A stretch of 56,539 bases of DNA. Source: a virus. Lineage: Duplodnaviria > Caudoviricetes. This document shows, one piece after another, positions 46,385 through 55,338 of this stretch. The position numbers and the translations under genes are program-made. The notes under the pieces are model-generated. The model was not told the origin of the DNA. It searched no databases and saw only the letters and a program-made list of their open reading frames with translations. Positions within the stretch are counted from its first letter, which is position 1; each line of letters begins with the position of its first letter. The stretch is from positions 1 to 56,539 of IMG/VR virus record IMGVR_UViG_3300010052_000139. One strand, written 5' to 3'.

Positions 46385-47314
46385 ATGGCCCCGCGTGCCA
46401 ATTGGAAAGGCTTTTTACGTCTGTCCCTCGTCAGTTGCCCGGTTGCCTTGTTCCCCGCGACATCCGATACGGAGAAGATCAGCTTCAATCAGATTAATCG
46501 GAGGACTGGTCATCGCATCAAGTATTTGAAAGTCGATGCAGAGACTGGTGAAGAGGTCCCTTCCGAGGACATCATAAGAGGCTACAAGGTCGATACCGAT
46601 GCCTATATCGAGATCGGCAAGGACGACCTCGAGGGCATTGCGCTGGAAAGTACGCGCACTATCGATATCGACGAGTTTGTTCCGAAGTCCGAAATCGATC
46701 CGCGGTATCTCATCAGGCCGTATTATCTGACGCCCGACGGCAAGGTAGGGCACGATGCCTATGCGGTTATCCGCGAGACGATCCGCAGCATGAACATGGT
46801 CGCGATCGGCCGGCTGGTGTTGACCAATCGCGAACATATCATTGCGCTTGAACCGCTCGACACTGGCCTCATGGGCACGCTGCTACGCTATCCTTACGAG
46901 GTGCGCGATCAAGCCGAGTACTTCGATGACATTCAGGATGTGAAGATCACGAAAGATATGCTGGACCTGGCCAAGCACATCGTTCAGCAAAAATCAGCTG
47001 ACTTCGAGCCCGGCAAATTCGAAGATCGCTATGAGACCGCTCTCACCGAACTGATCAATGAGAAGCGCAGTGGCCGCACCGTTGCCGCCAGGCCGCGCCC
47101 TCGTGGCGACAACGTCGTGGATCTTATGGATGCTCTCAAGCGCAGCCTTGCCGGTGGTCAGCAGAGTGCACCGACGAAAGCCGCCAAGAGCAAGCGACGC
47201 AAAGCCGCTCCCGGTCAAAAGGAAATGCTGTTGCCGATCGCGGGATCGGGGAGTGGGGCGAAAAGCCAAGCAAAGAAACCGAGCCGAGCCACCACGCGAC
47301 GTAAGGCAGGATAG
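46385..47314 (+). CDS. ku: NHEJ DNA end-binding protein Ku
   Basis: RANWKGFLRLSLVSCPVALFPA, IDPRYLIRPYYLTP, LRYPYEVR, NVVDLMDALKRSL, basic tail. Confidence 0.96.
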   Translation: MAPRANWKGFLRLSLVSCPVALFPATSDTEKISFNQINRRTGHRIKYLKVDAETGEEVPSEDIIRGYKVDTDAYIEIGKDDLEGIALESTRTIDIDEFVPKSEIDPRYLIRPYYLTPDGKVGHDAYAVIRETIRSMNMVAIGRLVLTNREHIIALEPLDTGLMGTLLRYPYEVRDQAEYFDDIQDVKITKDMLDLAKHIVQQKSADFEPGKFEDRYETALTELINEKRSGRTVAARPRPRGDNVVDLMDALKRSLAGGQQSAPTKAAKSKRRKAAPGQKEMLLPIAGSGSGAKSQAKKPSRATTRRKAG

Positions 47315-47317
47315 GCC

Positions 47318-47566
47318 ATGGCCGGAAAATTAGTCGCTTTCGACGACGACACGCTGCATCGGCTGCAGGAGCTTGGCCGCAACCGCATGGCAACTTTCCA
47401 GGAGCTTGCAGACGAGGCGTTCGCCGATTTGCTTAAGAAGCATAATGTTCCGATCGATCTGAAAGACGCCCTGCGCAAGAGCGTCAGGGCGGCCGAGAAA
47501 GCTTCCGCGCCTTCGCCAAAGGCTCATCCGCGCCGCGCTTCGCCACGTCGACATCAAGGGCGATGA
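47318..47566 (+). CDS. Ribbon-helix-helix-like small protein
   Basis: KLVAFDDDT...ATFQELADEAFADLLKKH. Confidence 0.7.
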   Translation: MAGKLVAFDDDTLHRLQELGRNRMATFQELADEAFADLLKKHNVPIDLKDALRKSVRAAEKASAPSPKAHPRRASPRRHQGR

Positions 47567-47802
47567 CCATGGCACCGCGCGATCTGGCGAACAGAATGCG
47601 CAGCTACCGCGATTCACATAAAATCGACGACGGCTTTTCCCGGGAGACGTTTCGTTTGCCACTCGATGAGGCCCGTCAAAAAGCGCGGGAAATTTTCGAT
47701 CGCTATCCACCTGCCGCTTACATGACGAAGGTCGAGCGGTGGCGCAGACTCTCCGACAACCGGATTGAGTTCACGATGAAGCGGTTGAAGTCGGCGGATT
47801 GA
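47563..47802 (+). CDS. Hypothetical protein
   Basis: RETFRLP...AR..F.RYP..AYMT.VE.WR...IEFTMKRL. Confidence 0.7.
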   Translation: MTMAPRDLANRMRSYRDSHKIDDGFSRETFRLPLDEARQKAREIFDRYPPAAYMTKVERWRRLSDNRIEFTMKRLKSAD

Positions 47803-47821
47803 ACCGGTGTGTTTCGGCATG

Positions 47822-47853
47822 AAAAAAGGGCCGGCCATTCGGCCAGCCCTTTG
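47822..47853. terminator. Terminator between convergent genes
   Basis: AAAAAAGGGCCGGCC-ATTC-GGCCAGCCCTTT. Confidence 0.75.
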
Positions 47854-47888
47854 AGTTTGCTATCTTGGAGATAGCTTCAACTAACTGG

Positions 47889-48581
47889 TTAGTTGAAGTG
47901 GTAGTTCACACCGAGCTTGACGGTGTGGAACGATGCGCCAATGTCGACGCCCGGCGGGAGTAGGTTTCCGAGATAATTGGCCTTGCTGAAGTCGGCATAC
48001 ATGTACTCACCCTTCAACGACCAGGCTGGTGCGAACATCCACTCGACGCCGCCTCCCACGGTCCAGCCGGAGTGCACGCGGCTTTCGGAGAAGCTCACGA
48101 TGCCGTTGGTCGCGGAGATCTGGTTGTTGGCCCAGGCATAACCGCCCTTGATGTAGAACAGGGCTGAGTTTGCCGCGAGACCGATCCGACCGGTGACGCT
48201 GCCAAGCGCGTTGATACGCTCGCTGACAGTGACGCCGAAACCTGTCGCGGATTCGCCGATGCTGCCGCCTGCGGCGTCGACCTCAAGACCCCAGACGAAC
48301 TGGCTGCCGGGTGCCTGCCAATTGTAACCGATGGTGCCGCCACCAAAGCCGCCCGAAAGCTCGTTCGAGTTGATGGTGCCGCCACCCACGCCGGGGATGC
48401 TGGCGCTGATTTGGCTCGACCAGCCGTAGCCGCCCATGGCGCCGACATAAAAGCCGGACCAGTTTGTTGCCGGGCTCACGACCGGAGCGGGGGCTTTGGT
48501 GTAGCGGGGAGCGAGGTCCGCAGCGAACGCGCTGCTGCTCAGAAAGGCAGCGGAGAGGGCAAGGAGTACGGTTTTCTTCAT
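47889..48581 (-). CDS. Omp25/Omp31/RopB-family outer-membrane beta-barrel
   Basis: Signal peptide AFA-ADL, NWSGFYVG..GGYGW, GWTVGGGVEW, C-terminal GVNYHF. Confidence 0.93.
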   Translation of the reverse strand: MKKTVLLALSAAFLSSSAFAADLAPRYTKAPAPVVSPATNWSGFYVGAMGGYGWSSQISASIPGVGGGTINSNELSGGFGGGTIGYNWQAPGSQFVWGLEVDAAGGSIGESATGFGVTVSERINALGSVTGRIGLAANSALFYIKGGYAWANNQISATNGIVSFSESRVHSGWTVGGGVEWMFAPAWSLKGEYMYADFSKANYLGNLLPPGVDIGASFHTVKLGVNYHFN

Positions 48582-48735
48582 TTTGAGTTCCTCAGCAAAA
48601 ACTGCGTCTGAGAAACCATAGCTTGGGAACTATTGCAACGATCGGTTGCGTTTGTGTACCGTCTTTCGGGTAAGGTGTGGCAATGCAACCACAGTCTGTT
48701 TATTTAAGAGACTACAATCATGCCCGACCGTTAAA

Positions 48736-49209
48736 CTAGCTGACCGGCGCGGGTTTAACCGGGCCACGCTTCCGGGGTTTGGCTCGAACGAACGCGGGAG
48801 GCGCAACCGGCTGCATCGTGACGATTACCGGGTTGGGCTTGTGGTCCAGCGCCGCACCGCTGGCGCCGTCGACTGCCATTCCCACCAGTCCGCCGAGTAA
48901 AATGTTGCCGGCGAACCCTGCAGCGCCGGTCCCTGCGACTTCCTTGGTGAGCGGCACGATCTGCGGCTCATATCCTTCCTTCCGGAAACTGACGGTCAGA
49001 TTGTCATTACGGTTCACTTGAACCGAACAGGGAGTGGTGCACTCGGCGGTTCGGGTCGGTTGATCCGCGGACGATCCCATTAAGCCATCTACCGTTGCCG
49101 TCGCTCCAGATGGTGTCGACGTCAAAGTGATTTGCTCGTGCCAGCCCCGCGTCGCCGACGCGCAGCCGCCCAGTACGACGCATAGCGCCACAACTTCAAG
49201 TATCCGCAT
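48736..49209 (-). CDS. PEGA-like lipoprotein
   Basis: Lipobox LGGC; STPSGA, CTTPC, KEGYE, GNILLGGLVG..VD. Confidence 0.8.
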   Translation of the reverse strand: MRILEVVALCVVLGGCASATRGWHEQITLTSTPSGATATVDGLMGSSADQPTRTAECTTPCSVQVNRNDNLTVSFRKEGYEPQIVPLTKEVAGTGAAGFAGNILLGGLVGMAVDGASGAALDHKPNPVIVTMQPVAPPAFVRAKPRKRGPVKPAPVS

Positions 49210-49491
49210 GTAGTGAGCCCCCCGCTTGAATTTCATCAAACCGCAACCCTTAGGTGAGCTCAACTAGACTTTAGCGCTATCGGTGCAAACGTCGACACCC
49301 GGCGAAACCTGACCTCCATTCCGTCGTTCTCCGCACTGCATGGTGAGGGTAACGATTTCGCAATTGTATCGGTTGCGACGCGCTACACGATCGCCGCCGG
49401 TGCGGGCAGCGAAGCGGCCGAGATCGTGATGGGGCCGGGCAACGACCCGAACCAGTTTCCGCTGCCGCGCGATCTGCTGACGCTGTGACGG

Positions 49492-49752
49492 TCAACCGTT
49501 CGGGCTGATCCGCGTGCCGGAACTGTCCAGGACAAACAGGCCGTGCGAGACGCCGTATTCGATGCCGTCGCCATATTCGGCTACGCTGCCAGCAGCTGCT
49601 GTGAAAGCGGAGTTGACCGTGCCTGTGTAGGCATGCGGTTGGCCGATCGCGGCCATTTCGGCGGTGGCCAACTCGAGCAGCTTGTGGGCCCCTGCCTCTG
49701 GCGATGCGAACGGGCGATCTGCTTTGAAACGGGCGAGGGGTTGAGCGGGCAT
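49492..49752 (-). CDS. Hypothetical protein
   Basis: FKADRPFASPEAGAHKLLELA...GSVAEY...SGT pattern. Confidence 0.6.
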   Translation of the reverse strand: MPAQPLARFKADRPFASPEAGAHKLLELATAEMAAIGQPHAYTGTVNSAFTAAAGSVAEYGDGIEYGVSHGLFVLDSSGTRISPNG

Positions 49753-49812
49753 ATCCGCGTTGGATGCGATTCCAAGCCACCACGTCAATAGAACCCCAGC
49801 GGACAGGCGGCT

Positions 49813-50094
49813 CTACCGCCGGCGCCAATGGGTGCCTTGGCCGGTTTTCTTGCCGGGGCCGAGGCGAGGTTCTTCGTTGCGGTGAATCGCCTGCGACATT
49901 GCCATTCTGGCGAACGCCAGTGGCCCGCGTTTCTCGGCGGCATCGATCAAAATATGCATGGCGACCTGCCACTTCGCATGCTGTTGCTCTGCGTTCGGCA
50001 GGCCCATCACGTACTGTGCCGCGTGCCGCAGGGTCGTGGCTGTCTTGCCGTTCGGCAGGGCGACGGGCTCGTCCAGATTCTGATCCCAAGACAT
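49813..50094 (-). CDS. Hypothetical protein
   Basis: DEPVALPNG...TLRHAAQYV..LP...WQ.A...AAE..GP..FAR. Confidence 0.7.
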   Translation of the reverse strand: MSWDQNLDEPVALPNGKTATTLRHAAQYVMGLPNAEQQHAKWQVAMHILIDAAEKRGPLAFARMAMSQAIHRNEEPRLGPGKKTGQGTHWRRR

Positions 50095-50444
50095 CAGGCC
50101 AGCCGCAGCGCCAATTGCCGTTCAGGTCCGGTGTAGCGCTCTATGAAGCGGTCCAGCGTTGACGACGGGTCTTCATAGGCCAGATCGGCGCGACGCTGGA
50201 TCTCGCGCGCGACCTCTTCCGAGACGTCCTCGGACCATCGTTCAGCGGTGTTGAAGGCAATGACGCGCTGGGGATCGTGATACTGGCCCGACATCAGGTC
50301 GGCGATGACGGATTCGATGTCGGTTTGCTCACTCTCGGCTTCGCGCCAGACGCAGCCCTGGCGCTCGAAACAATCTTCCACGAGATACACAGTCTGGTCG
50401 GCGCCGTTGGGCACGATCGAGGGCGTCCAGCTCGGCTTACGCAT
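50094..50444 (-). CDS. Hypothetical protein
   Basis: WTPSIVP...VYLVED, GQYHDPQRVIAFNTAERWSEDVS. Confidence 0.75.
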   Translation of the reverse strand: MRKPSWTPSIVPNGADQTVYLVEDCFERQGCVWREAESEQTDIESVIADLMSGQYHDPQRVIAFNTAERWSEDVSEEVAREIQRRADLAYEDPSSTLDRFIERYTGPERQLALRLA

Positions 50445-50713
50445 ACACCACTCCGACACTTGAACGTCCGGCGGACCCCAGAGGGGGGACTTGGGCTGAG
50501 GTCCGCCGTCGCTCGCTCGCCCGACAGGGGCGTTGATTCAAGCTGGGGCAGTAGGATTCGTTCCGGCGATATCAACACCGGGAAAGTCGTCTCTTCCGTT
50601 CGGGCGCCAAGCTTGGCGACAAGGTTCGAGAGGCAAGATAACGGAAACCCAGAAATGGGGTTTGCTAGGAAAGCCACCGCGAGAAGGTGGGGAAAGGCAT
50701 CGAGAGCGCTTGC

Positions 50714-50759
50714 AATGTCGATTTTTTCGACCTACAAGTAGGTTAAGAAAATCGACATT
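50714..50759. promoter_or_regulatory. 46-bp palindromic operator upstream of the two-gene cassette
   Basis: AATGTCGATTTT/AAAATCGACATT outer arms and ACCTAC-AA-GTAGGT inner arms; overlaps TTGCAA-N17-TACAAG. Confidence 0.7.
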
Positions 50760-50768
50760 AGGTGATTC

Positions 50769-51386
50769 ATGGAATCTATTCTGACTGTCCTATTGAAGGA
50801 GCCTTGGGATGTTGACCATCGCCTCAATGAAATGGCGTTGAAGCATTCGAAGCTTTTGGAAGTTCGCGACGTAGCAGTGAACGAGTCTGCAAACGCGACG
50901 CCCCATCACGCAGCAAATGCTGCAGGAACGTTCTCGTACCACGGCGGTACTTGGTCCTTACGCGATCAATTTGCAGATAAGGATGGTTGGGTCGTTGATC
51001 GTTCAGACGGCGTCGAAACAATTCGAAACGATGAACGCAAAATCAAGCTGGCATTTTCTAACGTCGATTTGGCTTGCAATCCTTTCCACGTTCCCAAGCC
51101 ACGCACGAAAAAGGGAGCTGGCGCAGAACGCGCTACCGGCGGCGGTCTTTTTGAGCACCTTCCGCAATTTGCGCCTAAGCCTACGGGAGAGTGGCAGTTC
51201 TATTATCTGATGGTTGATGAGCGAGGTGCGGCTGAACTGACCAGACCAGTTGTGAAGGGTGGAACCTTCGTAGCCGCAGTGGAACGTATTTTTCTATCGG
51301 ATGGCGTAGCCGACGACGGCGGCAAGCCATTGGAGGATACGAGCGATCCGGCCATTGAATTTGAGCCGCAAATCGCGCGCAAGTAA
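50769..51386 (+). CDS. Hypothetical protein, candidate toxin (RmrT position)
   Basis: 205 aa, visibly lower GC, immediately upstream of HTH-metallopeptidase. Confidence 0.6.
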   Translation: MESILTVLLKEPWDVDHRLNEMALKHSKLLEVRDVAVNESANATPHHAANAAGTFSYHGGTWSLRDQFADKDGWVVDRSDGVETIRNDERKIKLAFSNVDLACNPFHVPKPRTKKGAGAERATGGGLFEHLPQFAPKPTGEWQFYYLMVDERGAAELTRPVVKGGTFVAAVERIFLSDGVADDGGKPLEDTSDPAIEFEPQIARK

Positions 51387-51397
51387 GTAGGCTTTCG

Positions 51398-52462
51398 ATG
51401 TTCAATCCACGGAGGCTCAGCCTCGCGCGGATGCGACGGCGGCTGACCGCTAGAGCACTCGCTGAAAAGACCGCTCTTGCCGCGGATACGATTTCGCGGC
51501 TTGAAGCCGGGAGCAACTCCCCTGACGAAACCACGGTTGAAAAGCTCGCCAAAGCACTTGGTTTTCCTGTCGCGTTTTTTATGGACTCTGACCCCGAAGA
51601 TATAGACACTGGCGCTGTGAGTTTTCGCAGTTTTTCCAAGATGAGTGCTCGGGAGCGGGATGCCGCCATTTCAGCGGGATCGCTAGGATTACAGCTAAGT
51701 TTTTGGGTAGAAGAAAAGTTCAGTTTGCCAAAGCCGAACTTGCTTGATCTGAGTTATGAAACAGATCCAGAGGCGGCAGCTGTCTCCCTTCGGCAATATT
51801 GGGGGTTAGGTGAGCGGCCGATCAGCAACATGCTGGCGTTACTGGAAACTCAGGGTGTGCGCCTATTCTCTCTTTCCGAAGATACCGCTTCGGTGAATGC
51901 ATTTTCGTTCTGGAGAGATGAAAAGCCATTTGTGTTCTTGAACAACTTCAAGACCGCAGAAAGCAGCATCTATGATTCAGCGCACGAACTGGGGCATCTC
52001 GTTATGCATAAGCATGGCGACCCAAAGGAGACGCGCTCTGCCGAGAGAGAGGCCAATGCTTTTGCTTCGGCATTCTTGATGCCTGCAAAGGATATTAAAG
52101 CGAGGGTGCGCCGACCGAGTATTGAAACGGTTCTGACTCAAAAAGCTCGTTGGCGCGTATCAGCGATGGCATTTGCCTATCGTCTGAACAAGCTGGGCCT
52201 TTTATCTGAGTGGCATTACAAATCGATATGCATCGAACTTGGCAAGAGAGGGTATCGGACGGGTGAACCAGTCGGAATTGAGCGCGAGACCTCAATTATC
52301 TGGCGAAAGGTTCTTTCGCAGCTTTGGTCCGAACGGACCACAAAGAATGACATTGCTCTAAGCTTGAACCTCCCCTTGGATGAGTTGGAGGGGCTGATTT
52401 GGAATCTGGCCGGACCCGATGCTAGGCCTACGGCCAGGGGAGAACTGCGGGCAATTAAATAA
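51398..52462 (+). CDS. XRE-HTH + ImmA/IrrE zinc metallopeptidase (RmrA-like)
   Basis: MFNPRRLSLAR HTH; VSFRS; LRQYWGLG; AHELGH; EREANAFASAFLMP. Confidence 0.92.
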   Translation: MFNPRRLSLARMRRRLTARALAEKTALAADTISRLEAGSNSPDETTVEKLAKALGFPVAFFMDSDPEDIDTGAVSFRSFSKMSARERDAAISAGSLGLQLSFWVEEKFSLPKPNLLDLSYETDPEAAAVSLRQYWGLGERPISNMLALLETQGVRLFSLSEDTASVNAFSFWRDEKPFVFLNNFKTAESSIYDSAHELGHLVMHKHGDPKETRSAEREANAFASAFLMPAKDIKARVRRPSIETVLTQKARWRVSAMAFAYRLNKLGLLSEWHYKSICIELGKRGYRTGEPVGIERETSIIWRKVLSQLWSERTTKNDIALSLNLPLDELEGLIWNLAGPDARPTARGELRAIK

Positions 52463-52731
52463 TGAACTTTTCGCTAGATGCCAGCCGAGACTTTATTAAC
52501 CCCGCTCAGGATTTCAAAAAGTGATCCGACGAACCTCCCTCGGCTGCAGAGTCAGATTGTTGATCAGTTTCTCATCTGCAGGTTCTGACAAACTAACCGT
52601 CCATCCCTCCGGTACAGCGGTCAGATTTGAAGGCTTGGCCCATTCGGAACTCCAGAGCACGCGCTCCCGGCTTGATCGTTAAGCCGCCCAAGAATATCCT
52701 ACCTCTTACGCGACACAGCTACGGGTTCACG

Positions 52732-52971
52732 GTGAGCAAGGCCCGCGAGTTCATAGATTATTGGATCGAAAACAGCGTTCATGCTGCGGAGCAGGCGCGT
52801 GCAGCGGGCGCGTCGCAGGACGTCAGCGAGCTCGCGGCTCGATGCATTAAAGCCGGTGCCGAACTCGGGCTCACCGAAGCAGATTTAACGAAAGAATTTG
52901 GCGATCTTGCCGCTTATATTCGGGACAAGCTTTCAATAGCGAACCGCGTCGAACATGACAGGCTAAAGTGA
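52732..52971 (+). CDS. DUF768-like small protein
   Basis: SKAREFIDYWIENSV...LAARC...G. Confidence 0.6.
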   Translation: MSKAREFIDYWIENSVHAAEQARAAGASQDVSELAARCIKAGAELGLTEADLTKEFGDLAAYIRDKLSIANRVEHDRLK

Positions 52972-52991
52972 GGTAAGCTAATATTCCGAGA

Positions 52992-53171
52992 TCACCCCGG
53001 AATGTCGCCAGACGCTATGAGAGCTTCCAAGTCTTTTGCCATCCTTCGATAGGCCTCGGCCATCGTTAGGAACGCTTCTCGTTTAGCGGGCACTGTCGCC
53101 AACCTTCCGATGATTTCGCATTCCTCAGCGTCGATGAGTAGCTTTTCAAGTCGAGCTTTGACGTCCCTCAT
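52992..53171 (-). CDS. 59-aa helical-hairpin protein (not in ORF track)
   Basis: MRDVKARLEKLLIDAEECEIIGRLATVPAKREAF...; ATGA-coupled. Confidence 0.6.
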   Translation of the reverse strand: MRDVKARLEKLLIDAEECEIIGRLATVPAKREAFLTMAEAYRRMAKDLEALIASGDIPG

Positions 53172-53335
53172 TTAGTCTCAACCTTGCCGTCCAGCCAATC
53201 TTGTTCTTCGGCCAATGCAAGCCACGCTTCCTGCATTCGCCTGTAGCGGTTTTTTGAGGGTAGATCCTCCACTCGGTCGGCAAGTTCGGCACAGTTGCGG
53301 GCGTTCTCTCGAAATTCTTCGGATTTGCTCAACAT
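53168..53335 (-). CDS. 55-aa helical-hairpin protein (not in ORF track)
   Basis: MLSKSEEFRENARNCAELA...MQEAWLALAEEQDWLDG. Confidence 0.6.
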   Translation of the reverse strand: MLSKSEEFRENARNCAELADRVEDLPSKNRYRRMQEAWLALAEEQDWLDGKVETK

Positions 53336-53359
53336 CGGGGGCCTTCAGACGATCTCCGA

Positions 53360-53548
53360 CTAGCGCTTCTTCAGTTTGGATGCCGCGGCATTGAGCTTGG
53401 TACGATCGTTGCCGACGCGGGCGATGAGGTTTCGCGCCTGTTCGCGGGTGATGTCGTGTTTCGTGGCGAAATAATTGACTTCGTAGCCTTCGCCGGCCGC
53501 GACCTGGCGGCGATCGGCTGCGCCGCGCTTCTTTTTGTTGTCTGCCAT
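53360..53548 (-). CDS. DUF3606-like protein
   Basis: MADNKKKRGAADR..V...EGYEVNYFA; RBS AGGAGG. Confidence 0.8.
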   Translation of the reverse strand: MADNKKKRGAADRRQVAAGEGYEVNYFATKHDITREQARNLIARVGNDRTKLNAAASKLKKR

Positions 53549-53625
53549 TGTTTCCTCCTTGAGGCGGCCATTCCGCACCCGGCGATGGCAGGAGTCAAGC
53601 TGGCTCGCGCTATTGCCGGATCGCG

Positions 53626-54372
53626 TCACTCAAGCGGCTGATCATCGTCCGTCGACGGCTCGCGCTCGACCGACACGAAGTCACCGCCGCCGAAGTCTTC
53701 CTCGGGCGGCGGCTGCGTCGCGTCAATGTCGTCTTTCTTCGAACTGCCGCGCGCGACGATCATCAATTCATCGTCAGGCCACGGCCGCTGCAGCTTTAAC
53801 GCGGTCGGTGCATCGGCCGTGAGCCACGTCTCCCAATCGTCTTCCATCAGGATCACCGGCATCGCCTTGGGATGGATCGGCTTCACCACCGCGTTCGGCT
53901 CGGTGGTCAGGAACGAATAGAGCAGATGCTCGCCCGTGACCGGCTTCGCCTTGGTGCCACGATTGCCGGTCCACGGCCGCCATAGTCCAGCGAACGCTAA
54001 CAGCGGCCGCGAACGATCCAGCGCAAACCAGACGATGTCTTTCTTGCCGGTCTCCGGATTCGCCTTGGGGGCGTATTCGGAAAAGCTGGTTGCTGGCACC
54101 AGACAGCGATACTGCGGCTTCAGCCATGGGCGCCAGAATGAACTGCTGACGTTCCGGATGTTCGTCACCGGCATGTAGCTTTTCGGCGGCGGCGGGAATC
54201 CCCAGCGCATCATCGTCAGCTCACGCTCGCCGCCGGCAGTGTGGATGACAGGCGCTTCGTTATCGGGAAAGATCGACGGAAACGACGGCATGTTGCCGGC
54301 GCTGTCCCGCGTCACCTTGAACAGCCTTCGGATGGCGTCCTGGTTCTTCGTCATCGAATAGAGGTTGCACAT
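53626..54372 (-). CDS. SRAP family abasic-site protein (YedK/HMCES-like)
   Basis: N-terminal MCNLY, MRWG, TNIR, RCLVPATSFSE, FAGLW, IHPKAMPVIL. Confidence 0.93.
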   Translation of the reverse strand: MCNLYSMTKNQDAIRRLFKVTRDSAGNMPSFPSIFPDNEAPVIHTAGGERELTMMRWGFPPPPKSYMPVTNIRNVSSSFWRPWLKPQYRCLVPATSFSEYAPKANPETGKKDIVWFALDRSRPLLAFAGLWRPWTGNRGTKAKPVTGEHLLYSFLTTEPNAVVKPIHPKAMPVILMEDDWETWLTADAPTALKLQRPWPDDELMIVARGSSKKDDIDATQPPPEEDFGGGDFVSVEREPSTDDDQPLE

Positions 54373-54384
54373 ATGTTGCCTAGC

Positions 54385-54858
54385 TCAACGGGCCGCACGC
54401 CGCGGCACGGGGTCGGGGGGCCGGGTGTCCAGCCTAATGAGGTCGGGTCGCCGCTTGCGGTGCCCGGCCTTCCGGCACTCGCGGCATTCCAGCGCCCGTG
54501 CCAGCGTGTGCACTGGCTTCTCTCGCGGCCAGATTACTTCCTCGAGATCGACGCGATCCGTGTGTCGGCAGGCCTTGCAGCGCACCTCCAGCAGCACGCA
54601 GCCAGCGGCAATGGACTCGGCGAGCGTCGGTGAAGGCTCGGCGGGACCGCCGAGGAATTGTCTGGCGTTCCATTCATCGCACGCCAGCCGGTGTGCGTGC
54701 GCGTAGGCGGCGGGCACGCTCTGGACAAGGCGGCGGTGCTCCTCTTCGACGCGTTTCAGCTCGCGCGCGTAGGCGCGGCGATCGCGGCCGGAGATCGGCA
54801 TCTGGATGATACGTGGCGACATGCCAAGCATCAAAGCGCAGGATCTGTCGTTAGGCAA
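54385..54858 (-). CDS. Hypothetical Zn-ribbon protein (start uncertain)
   Basis: SPTL...LEVRCKACRH...LECRECR. Confidence 0.7.
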   Translation of the reverse strand: MPNDRSCALMLGMSPRIIQMPISGRDRRAYARELKRVEEEHRRLVQSVPAAYAHAHRLACDEWNARQFLGGPAEPSPTLAESIAAGCVLLEVRCKACRHTDRVDLEEVIWPREKPVHTLARALECRECRKAGHRKRRPDLIRLDTRPPDPVPRRAAR

Positions 54859-54902
54859 TTGGTCCTAAACTGGGTTCCCTGCGGCCCAAAATTGGCGGAC
54901 CG

Positions 54903-54926
54903 AAAACGTCCAACAAAACGTCCAAC
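54903..54926 (+). repeat. Tandem 12-bp repeat, probable integrase arm-type sites
   Basis: AAAACGTCCAAC twice, about 65 bp inside the att core. Confidence 0.65.
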
Positions 54927-54990
54927 GTCGGTTTCTCGGTCTCGTTGATTTTGTTAAGAAAAATCCATCTGTCGGGGGTGCTCGACGCCG

Positions 54991-55003
54991 CTAGGGAGCG
55001 CCA
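54991..55003 (+). other. attR core: duplicated tRNA 3' end (tRNA-Glu-like)
   Basis: CTAGGGAGCGCCA ends in CCA and resembles the 3' acceptor strand of alphaproteobacterial tRNA-Glu; no full tRNA present. Confidence 0.72.
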
Positions 55004-55338
55004 TTCTTCGGTTCAGCCATTGAAATTCCCCGAATAGGTCCGCTCGCGCCGGCGAGAAGACAAGTTGTGCCGTGCCCCGCCGGAAACAAGACCCGCCTGG
55101 TTGCCGGAGTGTTGATTGTGTCGCTTTACAGCGACGCTGTGATTGCCATGACCTGGAATTCCAGGGACTGGCCTCCCTCGGCAGACTGGCGTTACGGCGT
55201 TCCGAAATATCCCCGTTGGCAATCATGCTATTTATAGATAAATAGTATGAGTGAGACGGGTTAGCGTTGCTGGGGCATCAGTTTGGCAGGCCCGCCGCGG
55301 CGTCGAGCCGAGCAGATGATTTGTCTTAGGGGAACGTC

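Larger units (their letters stand above)
1..55003. mobile_element. Prophage (lambdoid regulation, lambda-like head, Mu-like contractile tail); attL lies upstream of the window
   Basis: Integrase at left end, complete ordered lysogeny/replication/packaging/head/tail/lysis modules, tRNA 3'-end duplication at 54991..55003. Confidence 0.95.

Noticed and set aside
54373-54900. LexA box controlling the SRAP operon
   Set aside because: No GTTC-N7-GTTC direct repeat found by eye
54971-55003. Complete tRNA gene
   Set aside because: Only the 3' 13 nt match; no intact T-arm, anticodon arm or D-arm upstream
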